Assembly (NCBI GenBank): GCA_027925225.1
Contig: AP027131.1
Coordinates: 420,001-452,000, forward strand
Direction of reading: 5' to 3'
Length of the DNA: 32,000 bases
Origin: Candidatus Saccharimonadota bacterium
GTDB taxonomy: Bacteria; Bacillota_I; Bacilli_A; Mycoplasmatales; Hepatoplasmataceae
Position 1 is the first letter of the stretch. Every line of letters starts with the position of its first letter. The notes beneath the pieces are model-generated. The model made no database searches. It was not told the origin of the DNA and saw only the letters and a list, made by a program, of their open reading frames with translations. Below are positions 22,917 through 32,000 of this stretch, piece after piece. Position numbers and translations under genes: made by a program.

Positions 22917-24716
22917 GTGATAAGATTAAAAAATTTATATTTTTTGTTTTCTTTTTTTATAATTTTTACTTTTTTTTGAGGTGGCAATAATCTTTATTTT
23001 AAAAATAAAGATTCTTTTAATTATGAAAATAATTCTTCTTTACAAGATGTTAATGATTTAAATAATCCTTATATTGAAAAAAATGGTTTTGAAATAAACA
23101 GCTGAGAGGCAGAAACTTACTCTGTAATTTTTACTTTAACTATTGTAGGTGATTGAACAGTTGAACCTATAAATGTTTCACTTTATAATGATGAAGAATT
23201 AATTTCTGTAACTGCAAGTCATATAAGCTCTCATATTATTGATACAGATAATAATGAAGTAGAACATGGATATAGAATAGAAGGATTAGATATTACTAAT
23301 AGCAATGAATACACTTTTTATTCCTTAAATAATACAAATTTAGCAATAGAAGATAATGGCGATGCTCTTGATGATCAAATTTTAATTAGTGAAGAATTGG
23401 ATGTTACAAATGAACTTACATTTGATTTAAGTACTACTAATAATGCTTATGCAAGCGATAATAATAGTAGTGGCAAAGGAGAAATAGTAGTATTTAGAAC
23501 TTCTAATAAAGATGTTGTTTTTAGTGTTTTAATATCAGACAATTGAACTGTTCAAGACAGTTTATATCTTCATATTCAGAAGAATTGACCTGGAACTTTT
23601 ACTAAGTTTAGTGTTAATGCTAATTTATTATATGAAGAAGATATAGGGGGTGAATTTACTAGATTTTATTATGTTATTCCTGATATTTATGGTGCAATAG
23701 AACCAGGTACATATTATAGTTATAGAATTGATTATATTTATTCAACGGCTCGTCTAGCATTAGGAGGACCTACTAATGTAGTAAAAAATATTACAATAGA
23801 CACTAATGTTTTTTACTTTGACAGTCCTTACATAGTGGAAAATAGTTTTGAAATTTTAAATGATTCAACTGATTATTCAATAAAATTTCAAATAGGTTTA
23901 ATAAATAATAGACATAAAGATTTTGATACTTCTTCACCATTAAATGTGACACTAAAAGATATAGAAGGAAATAATTATTCAACAACTGCAAATTATGTAA
24001 GCACGGGTTCAGAAAGTAATACTTATATTTATGAAATAACAGAACTTGAAAATAATAAACCTTTAAATGTTAGCACTAATTATTCTATTTTTTCAATAGA
24101 TAATGAATGACTTGCTGTTGGAAGTAATATAAATGATATTGATAATGAAATTTTAATAGAAGATGATTTGGGCGCAGAAGGGAATTTTACAACTGCTAAT
24201 GCTTATATTATAGAAAATGGTTTTAAAATTGTCGAATATAATGATACATCTGTAAAATATGCAATAACTGTAGAAGGGTGAGAAAATGATTATAAAAATT
24301 ATGAAAATGAAATTGATGTAAGATTAATTTCTGAAGATAATTCCGAAGGCGATATATATCAATCAAAATTTATTGAAAAAAATGGTAATGAATACACTTA
24401 TGAAATAACAGGATTAAACGATGAGACAAGTTATACATTTTATTCACTAGAAAATACAAAACTTTCAATAAATGATAAAGCAACGCCAATTGATGAAGAA
24501 ATAATATTAACAGAAGATTTAGGAATTGATTCATCCTTCTTAATATTTAAAACAGAGAAAACCAAAATTCCAAGTTATGTTTGAATAATATTAGCAATAA
24601 TAATTATGTTAATAATTATTATTGGCATAATTATTCTTATAAGAATTTTAAATAGAAATAAAAGAGAAAAAAGAGAGTTTAATGAATTATTAAATGAAGA
24701 TATAAAATCTAAATAA
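22917..24716 (+). CDS. Arrayed surface protein, copy G (intact, 599 aa, GTG start)
   Basis: Frame 0 from GTG 22917 to TAA 24714-24716. It contains track ORF 23835..24110. Only TGA codons interrupt it. Confidence 0.8.
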
Positions 24717-24878
24717 AGAAAATAATAAAAGTAAAAAAGTGTTTTATAAATTTAATTTTATTAATAAAAATTAGTAATAATTGTCTTCTAAAAAAAGAAA
24801 AGTATTAAAATTAATTTGGGTTAAAATTAGGATTTTATTTTTAAAATTCTATGTTCCCTTATTTATTTTTATTTTTTT

Positions 24879-25406
24879 ATGAAAATTATGAAAAAAAAAG
24901 AAAAAGATATTCTTGTTTACTCACCAGCAGATGGGAAAATTGTAGATATTAAAAAAGTTCCTGATGAAACTTTTTCACAAGAAATGATAGGAAAGGGTAT
25001 TGCAATAAAAATAAATTCTCCTTATATTTATTCACCAATAAAAGGAAAAGTAGAAGCCGCTTTTAGAACAGGTCATGCTTATGGTATTAAAACTAAATAT
25101 GGACCTTCAATACTATTACATATAGGCGTTGATACTGTCGCTTTAAATGGCGAAGGTTTTCTAAGGTTAATCATGCAAGGAGAAAAAGTAAAACCAAAAA
25201 GTAAATTAGCAAGAGTTAATTGAGAAATACTCAAAAAAGCAAAATCTTCAGAAACATTAGTAATTGCAACTAATGATTCAATGGAGGGCTACGAAATAGA
25301 AATGGTTGCTAAAATTGGCCAAAAAGTAACAAAAGATGATGTTCTCTTCAAAATAATAGAAAAAAAAGAAAAAGATAAAAAAGAGGAAAAAAAAGATGGA
25401 AATTAA
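24879..25406 (+). CDS. crr: PTS glucose-family EIIA component
   Basis: Frame 0 from ATG 24879 (alternative ATG 24888) through TGA 25221 (Trp) to TAA 25404-25406. EIIA-Glc motifs: VPDETFSQEMIGKGIAI, the two-His site FRTGHAYGI and LLHIGVDTVALNGEGF. Confidence 0.88.
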
Positions 25407-25662
25407 AGTAAAAATAACTGATCCAATAGGATTACATGCAAGACCTGCAACTATATTAGTAAAAGAAGCAAGTAAATATAAATCAGATATAAAATTAAAA
25501 ACTTTAAATGGCAAAGAAGTTAATTTAAAATCAATATTATCAATTATGAGTTTAAGTATTAAAAAAGATGATGAAATAATAATTACTGCAAAAGGCAGTG
25601 ATGAAAAAACAGCAATTGAAAATATTGAAAAAGTTATGAAAGAAGAAAAACTAATTTCTTAG
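25396..25662 (+). CDS. ptsH: Phosphocarrier protein HPr
   Basis: An 88-aa ORF with agagga upstream. His-15 region GLHARPAT and regulatory Ser-46 region NLKSILSIMSL are present. It overlaps crr by 11 nt. Confidence 0.93.
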   Translation: MEIKVKITDPIGLHARPATILVKEASKYKSDIKLKTLNGKEVNLKSILSIMSLSIKKDDEIIITAKGSDEKTAIENIEKVMKEEKLIS

Positions 25663-25694
25663 AAATTAGTTTTTTAAATAAAGGCGTGATTATT

Positions 25695-26558
25695 ATGTTA
25701 GAAAATGTAGAAAAAGTAATACAAAAAGCTAAAAAAGGGAAATATGCAATACCACAATTCAATATAAATGATTCTACATCAGCTAAATTTATACTTGAAG
25801 TGTGCGAAGAAAAAAAAGCTCCAGTAATTTTAGGTTGTTCAGAAGGCGCATTAAAATATATGGGCGGACCAACGGTTGCAGTAAATCTTGTAAAAGGATT
25901 AATTAAAGATTTAAATATTACTATTCCTGTAATTTTACATCTTGACCATGGTCAATCAATTGCAAGCTGTAAAAAAGCAATTGATGCTGGTTTTACATCT
26001 GTAATGTATGATGGTTCAACATTACCAATTGAACAAAATGTAAAAAATACAATTGAAGTTGTAGAATATGCAAGAAAACATAATGCTACTGTAGAAGCAG
26101 AAGTGGGAACGGTAGGCGGAACAGAAGATGGAATTACAGGAGGAGTAAGATATGCTTCTCTTGATGAATGTATAAAAATGTCAAAAACAGGAATTTCAAT
26201 GCTTGCTGCTTCTCTTGGTTCAGTACATGGTTTTTATCATGGTGAACCTAAACTTGGTTTTACAGAAATGGAAACTTATGCAAAAGAAACTAATTTACCA
26301 TTAGTTCTTCATGGTGGTTCAGGAATTCCTGACGATCAAATAAAAAGAGCAATTATGTCAGGTGAAGCAAAAATAAATATAAATACTGAAATTCAAAATG
26401 CTTTTAATCAAGGAATAGCAAAATATTATAAAGAAAAACTTAATTTAAATGAAACTGGTTATATGCTTAAAAATATAACAGGAAAATATGCAATTCCTTT
26501 TGCAAAAGCAATAGTAGCAGAAAAAATTGAGTTATTTGGAAATTATAATAAAGCTTAA
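25695..26558 (+). CDS. fba: Class II fructose-1,6-bisphosphate aldolase
   Basis: ATG 25695, with aagg 10 nt upstream; the track starts at the in-frame GTG 25686. Motifs: YAIPQFNIN, LHLDHG, VMYDGS, EAEVGTVGG, LVLHGGSG. Confidence 0.92.
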   Translation: MLENVEKVIQKAKKGKYAIPQFNINDSTSAKFILEVCEEKKAPVILGCSEGALKYMGGPTVAVNLVKGLIKDLNITIPVILHLDHGQSIASCKKAIDAGFTSVMYDGSTLPIEQNVKNTIEVVEYARKHNATVEAEVGTVGGTEDGITGGVRYASLDECIKMSKTGISMLAASLGSVHGFYHGEPKLGFTEMETYAKETNLPLVLHGGSGIPDDQIKRAIMSGEAKININTEIQNAFNQGIAKYYKEKLNLNETGYMLKNITGKYAIPFAKAIVAEKIELFGNYNKA

Positions 26559-26581
26559 TTTAATAATAGGAGAAATTTAAA

Positions 26582-27871
<1,290 letters not shown>

Positions 27872-27881
27872 AAATAGTAAG

Positions 27882-28853
27882 ATGATAAAAAAAATTGCAA
27901 TTTTAACTTCTGGTGGGGATGCACCAGGGATGAACACGGTTATTAAAGCAGCAGTAAATGTTGCTTTAAATGAAAATCTTGAAACCTTTGTTGTAAAAGA
28001 AGGTTACTTAGGACTTTATAACAATAAAATTGAAAAAGTATCAAAAGAAGATGTAAAAGATATTGATGTAAAATCAGGAACTTTCATTTTTACAAAAAGG
28101 TTTCCAGAATTTGATAATGATAAAAATAGACAACAAGCAGTAGACAATTTAAATTCAAGAGGAATAGATGCATTAATAGTTATAGGTGGCGATGGTTCTT
28201 TTAGAGGAGCAAATAAGCTCTCACAAATGGGTATAAAAACAATAGGAATTCCAGGGACAATTGATGGAGATATAGCATTTAATGATCTTACTGTTGGATA
28301 TTTAACGGCTTTAGATACAATTGTAGAATCAATAGATAAAGTAAAAGATACAATAACTTCTCATGGAAGAATTGCAGTAATTGAAGTAATGGGAAAGGGT
28401 TGTGGTTTACTTGCACTTTCAGCTGCAATTGCTAATGATATTGATGTTCTTTCTATTCCAGAAAAAAAAATATCTGAAGATGAAATTATTTCCAAAGTAG
28501 AAAAAGTATTAAAAAATGGACAAAATCAAGTTACAGTTCTTGTAACTGAATTAATGTATGATGTAAATAAATTGGCAAAAAAAATTGAAGAAAAAACCAA
28601 AAAAGTAACAAGAGCAACAATTTTAGGTCATACACAACGTGGTGGAAAGCCCGTTCCTTTCGAAAGAATAAATGCTTACAAATTGGGTTCTTTTGCAGTA
28701 TCAGAATTATTAAAAGGAAAAACAGGAATAACAGTAAGTGTTTTAAATAATAAATTAATATCAACACCTTTTGAAAAAACAGTGAATAATAAATTAAAAA
28801 TTTCAGAAGATCTTTTTAATACTTATAAATTAATGAAAGGAAATAAAAATTAA
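27882..28853 (+). CDS. pfkA: ATP-dependent 6-phosphofructokinase
   Basis: A 323-aa ORF. Motifs: ILTSGGDAPGMN, VIGGDGS, IPGTIDGD, LGHTQRGG. Confidence 0.93.
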   Translation: MIKKIAILTSGGDAPGMNTVIKAAVNVALNENLETFVVKEGYLGLYNNKIEKVSKEDVKDIDVKSGTFIFTKRFPEFDNDKNRQQAVDNLNSRGIDALIVIGGDGSFRGANKLSQMGIKTIGIPGTIDGDIAFNDLTVGYLTALDTIVESIDKVKDTITSHGRIAVIEVMGKGCGLLALSAAIANDIDVLSIPEKKISEDEIISKVEKVLKNGQNQVTVLVTELMYDVNKLAKKIEEKTKKVTRATILGHTQRGGKPVPFERINAYKLGSFAVSELLKGKTGITVSVLNNKLISTPFEKTVNNKLKISEDLFNTYKLMKGNKN

Positions 28854-28855
28854 AA

Positions 28856-30271
28856 ATGAAATTAAAAAATACAATATTAAAAAAAACTAAAATTATTGCA
28901 ACAGCGGGTCCAAGTTTTAGAGAAGAAGAAGATATGCGTAAAATGTTTAAAGCTGGTGTAAATATTGTTAGATTAAATACTTCTCATGGAACAATTGAAG
29001 ATCATGAAAAAATATTTGATAATGTCGTTAAAATAAGAAATGAACTTGATTTACCAATTTCTATACTTTTAGATACAAAAGGTCCTGAAATAAGAATTAA
29101 TAAAATTGAAAACGATATTATGCCCGTTAAAATGAACCAAATTTTAAAAATTAATAATAAAATTGATTTTATAGGTAAAAATGGAGAATTTTCAATTGAC
29201 TATGAAAAGCTTTTTGAAAAAATAAAAATACATGAAAAAATAATGATAGATGATGGCAAATTAACTTTAGAGGTTATAAAAGTTGAAAAAGATAAAAAAA
29301 TTATTGAAGTTAAAGCTTTAAATTCTCATCAAATTTCAACTAAAAAATCAGTAAATATTCCTGGGTTAGATTTAGGATTAAACATTTTAGCAGAAAGTGA
29401 TAAAAAATTTATTACTTGAGGAGTAAAAAAAGGAATTGATTATATTGCTCTTTCTTTTGTGATGACTAAAGAAGATATTATTACTGTAAGAAAATTTCTT
29501 TCAAAAATTAATGGAAAAAATGTAAAAATTATTTCAAAAATAGAAACATTAAAAGCAATAGATAATCTTACAAATATAATAAATAATTCAGATGGAATAA
29601 TGTTTGCACGTGGTGATTTAGAAATTGAAATTCCATTTCAAAAAATTCCATTTTTTGAAAAAATAATAATTCAAAAATGTAGAGCATCTAGAATTCCTAT
29701 TATAATTGCAACTCAATTGTTAGATTCAATGACTCATAATCCAAAACCAACAAGAGCAGAAGTTACTGATGTTTATTATGCAGTACAATCAGGAACAGAT
29801 GCAGTTATGCTTTCTGGAGAATCAGCTTCTGGAGAATTTCCATTAGAAACCGTAAAAACAATGTCAAAAATTGCTTTAGAAGCAGAAAGAAACTATAACT
29901 ATCTTACATCTTTTGAAGACGGATATGCTCATGTTGATTCAAGTAATGCTGAATCTGCATTTTCTATAGCACAAACTTCACTCACAAATGAATCCAAATA
30001 TATTTTTGCTATCTCTGAAAAAGGAAGATTATTAAAAGCATTATCAGTTTTTAGACCTAATGCAAATATTATTGGGCTAACAACTAGCAAAAATTTAAGA
30101 CATAAATTAAATCTTGAATATGGAATTAATGTTAAATTAATCAAAAACAAAAATATTTATGATAACAATGAAAAAATTAGTGCTATTGCAAAAGAAATTG
30201 GTCTTGTAAAAAATACTAAAATAATTGTTGCAGATAAAAAAAATTACAGAGAAATGTTAGTAAAATATTAA
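28856..30271 (+). CDS. pyk: Pyruvate kinase
   Basis: Frame 2 joins track ORFs 28856..29419 and 29459..30271 through TGA 29417 (Trp), giving 471 aa. Motifs: TKIIATAGPS, VRLNTSHG, DTKGPEIR, ARGDLEIEIP, ATQLLDSM, RAEVTDV, MLSGESA. Confidence 0.93.
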
Positions 30272-30300
30272 TTTAAATTAAATAAAGAAATAATATAATA

Positions 30301-30333
30301 AAAAAAAGTCTTAATTTTAAAGACTTTTTTTTA
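30301..30333 (+). terminator. Rho-independent terminator downstream of pyk
   Basis: aaaaaaAGTCTTaattttaAAGACTtttttttt. The core stem agtctt/aagact is extendable by A:U pairs, with a 7-nt loop followed by a T run. Confidence 0.8.
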
Positions 30334-30432
30334 TCATATTATTTCTTATAAATCTTAATTTACTATAATGAATATATAACTTGTTAAAAATTGATAAGAA
30401 AATTTAGATGAATAATAAATAATCACGGGGAA

Positions 30433-31155
30433 ATGATAATGAATTTTATTGATTGATTAAAAAAAATAGAAATAAAAGCAATTAATAAAAAATATAAAGA
30501 AGGTTTAAAGAATTATGATTTTGATTCATTAATTAAAGATTATATTTCTAAAGATTTAGAAATAGAAAAAAATAAATTAGAAGAAACTATTAAAAAAATA
30601 AATTTGAATAAAGAAATAGAAGATAAAAATATTTTAATTTTGAAAGACTGATTAATTGATTTATATGACATTTTATGTTTTTTTAGTGAAGAAAATATGA
30701 AATTTAACAAAGTTTGAAAATATAAAATTCTTTATTTTATTTATGGAGGATTTATTTATTATCAAGAATATTTAAAAAAATATTTTGAAAAAAGGGGATT
30801 TAAAAAAAGAAAAAATTTTAATTTTTTTATAAATGAAGAAAAAATAAAATGATTTGCTTTTGAAAAAGGCCCAATAACTAACCATTATAAATTTTTAGGA
30901 AAGGATGAATCAATAAATATTAATATTGAAAAAAATGATATTGAAACAAAAGAAATTTTGGAAGATTTTTATTTAATTTTAAAAAAAAATTCTCTTGAAA
31001 CCCTTATAGAAGAAAGCCACAAAACAGATCCATGAGAAAAAGCTTTTAAAAAAAATGAAAAAGAAAGACCAAAATGGCAAGAAATTAAAGGAGAAGAAAT
31101 AATAAGTTATTTCAAAGAAAATATTCCTTTTTATTTAGAAAAACCAGATGAATAA
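30433..31155 (+). CDS. Hypothetical protein with a Panacea/DUF4065 (SocA-like antitoxin)-like domain
   Basis: Frame 1 from ATG 30433 (or ATG 30439, 7 nt after gggga) to TAA 31153-31155, with TGA=Trp. The segments NKVWKYKILYFIYGGFIYYQ ... IKWFAFEKGPITNHYKF ... SHKTDPWEKAF resemble the DUF4065 pattern (KLqKLLYfaqgw...f.AW.yGPV.p.vY...s...PW). This was recognised by eye only. Confidence 0.45.
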
Positions 31156-31570
31156 AATAAAAAAAATCAATCAAAAAAAAATAATTATTTGTTATATATT
31201 ATTTTTAGTATTATTTTTAGTATTTAGTTTTATAAATGGTAGTGAGTGGTTAGTATTTTGATGTTCGGGTGTTTTGCCAATTCCAATTTTTATTTATACC
31301 TATATAATTTCTAAAGAACAAAAACTTATACTAAAAAATATTCTTTTTAAAATTGATAAAGAATCAAAAAAAGATTTTAATGAAAAAATAAAACCAGCTA
31401 ATAAATTACCTAAAAAAAACACTAAAATTAATTTTATTAATAAAATTAAAATAAAAGAAAAGAAATCTGAAAAAATATATAAAATGAAATTGCAAAAACC
31501 TAAAGATAAAAATAATGTAAAAGAAATAATTAATTTAGAAAAAAATGAATTTAATCAAAAAAAAATATAA
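31148..31570 (+). CDS. Small membrane protein (two predicted TM helices plus a Lys-rich C-terminal tail)
   Basis: ATG 31148 overlaps the upstream stop (ATGAATAA, 8-nt overlap). Frame 2 runs through TGA 31259 (Trp) into track ORF 31274..31570. TM segments are IIICYILFLVLFLVFSFI and VLPIPIFIYTYII, followed by a KKxxK-rich tail. Confidence 0.6.
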
Positions 31571-31581
31571 ATATTTGTATT

Positions 31582-32000
31582 TTAATTAATAATTTTATTT
31601 AATTTTCTCCCATAAAAAGCAAATGCTAATCCAGCAATAACTTGTGCTAATAAATAAAATGGAATTCAAATAGTATACATTATATCTCCATTAACTCCAG
31701 TTACACTGGACATAACATCATAAGCAACAGCAGAACCAATAATTGTTGCTGAATTTATTGAATTATTTGCAGTTCTTGCTCCTAAAACAACTGCTATTCA
31801 AACTCCACATCCTACAACAATTGGTCTTCAAAAATGTGTAACATTTTTAAATAAAAAAACTCCGCCTATATAAATAGTTGTATATAAAATTTCTAAAAAA
31901 AATGAAAATGTAACAAATAGACTTCCAAATTCCATATTTTTATAACTCTGTGTATAATACAATGCATTATTATAATCTATTTCTCCTCAGTTATATCTTG
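31582..32000 (-). CDS. MIP/aquaporin-like channel (GlpF-like), C-terminal part; 5' end lies outside the window
   Basis: The minus-strand frame with TGA=Trp reads ...FGSLFVTFSFFLEILYTTIYIGGVFLF...WRPIVVGCGVWIAVVLGARTANNSINSATIIGSAVAYDV...YTIWIPFYLLAQVIAGLAFAFYGRKLNKIIN and stops at TAA (31582-31584). It aligns by eye with the GlpF C-terminal half (..GFAMNPARDFGPK....YFLVPLFGPIVGAIVGAFAYRKL). Confidence 0.5.

Larger units (their letters stand above)
11881..24716 (+). repeat. Head-to-tail array of seven ~1.8-kb paralogous gene units (periods 1820-1874 bp)
   Basis: Unit starts are at 11881, 13754, 15577, 17451, 19271, 21092 and 22917. Each unit opens with (a/g)tg(a/g)taa(g/a)attaaa(g/a)aatttatattttttgttttc and closes with gaagatataaaatctaaataa. 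Confidence 0.95.

Noticed and set aside
22754-22987. 77-aa minus-strand ORF spanning the F/G junction, plus other minus or plus shadow ORFs (2341..2568, 2875..3072, 8956..9141, 9289..9492, 11115..11327, 25278..25514, 28531..28767, 29929..30150)
   Set aside because: All are antisense to well-supported genes. They encode hydrophobic or low-complexity sequence and lack any motif or start context.
11881-24716. The periodic array as a CRISPR locus, rRNA/tRNA cluster, IS or prophage repeats
   Set aside because: The period is ~1.8 kb and each unit is one long protein-coding frame. There is no short repeat/spacer structure, no structured-RNA-like GC-rich segments, and no transposase, integrase or inverted terminal repeats in or next to the array.
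24781-24808. TTGTCT-16 nt-TATTAA as the crr operon promoter
   Set aside because: The match is plausible, but -10/-35-like hexamers are abundant in this composition and there is no independent support, so it is not reported as a feature.
28856-30271. Pyruvate kinase as a split or pseudogene (two track ORFs 28856..29419 and 29459..30271); similarly eno, ptsI, pgi and crr
   Set aside because: The pieces are in the same frame and separated only by TGA codons. The joined products are full length with all catalytic motifs.

Overview
The window is very AT-rich and comes from a Mollicutes-type genome that reads UGA as Trp (translation table 4). The supplied standard-code ORF track is therefore fragmented. 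Conserved Trp positions in PtsI ([12 protein letters not shown]), enolase (EQDWDGF) and PGI fall exactly on TGA codons, and every housekeeping gene becomes one full-length ORF once TGA is read through.

Layout, left to right:
1. 1-2084: the 3' part of a modular surface protein with a C-terminal membrane anchor.
2. 2150-7456: a defence island. It holds a fused two-domain DNA methyltransferase carrying an in-frame (AG)15 microsatellite, a 587-aa putative Type IIS-like endonuclease, and a GmrSD-type (DUF262/DUF1524) Type IV enzyme.
3. 7486-8192: a membrane-protein reading frame split at a T7 tract.
4. pgi (minus strand), divergent from ptsI.
5. 11398-24716: a 13.3-kb head-to-tail array of seven ~1.8-kb paralogous surface-protein genes plus one decayed remnant, related to the gene at 1-2084. 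Each copy encodes a signal peptide without a lipobox Cys, four ~115-140-aa modules, a C-terminal TM helix and a short charged tail. Four copies are intact. One has a tail-altering frameshift and two are frameshifted. The copies are fine-scale mosaics with a ~267-bp hypervariable cassette.
6. A compact crr-ptsH-fba-eno-pfkA-pyk cluster ending in a clear intrinsic terminator.
7. An overlapping gene pair: a Panacea/DUF4065-like protein plus a small two-TM lysine-rich protein. This is a candidate toxin-antitoxin module.
8. The 3' part of a MIP/aquaporin-like gene on the minus strand.

The mosaic, non-lipoprotein surface-gene array is the most interesting system. The SSR-controlled half of the fused methyltransferase comes second. 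All calls come from manual translation; no database search was possible.
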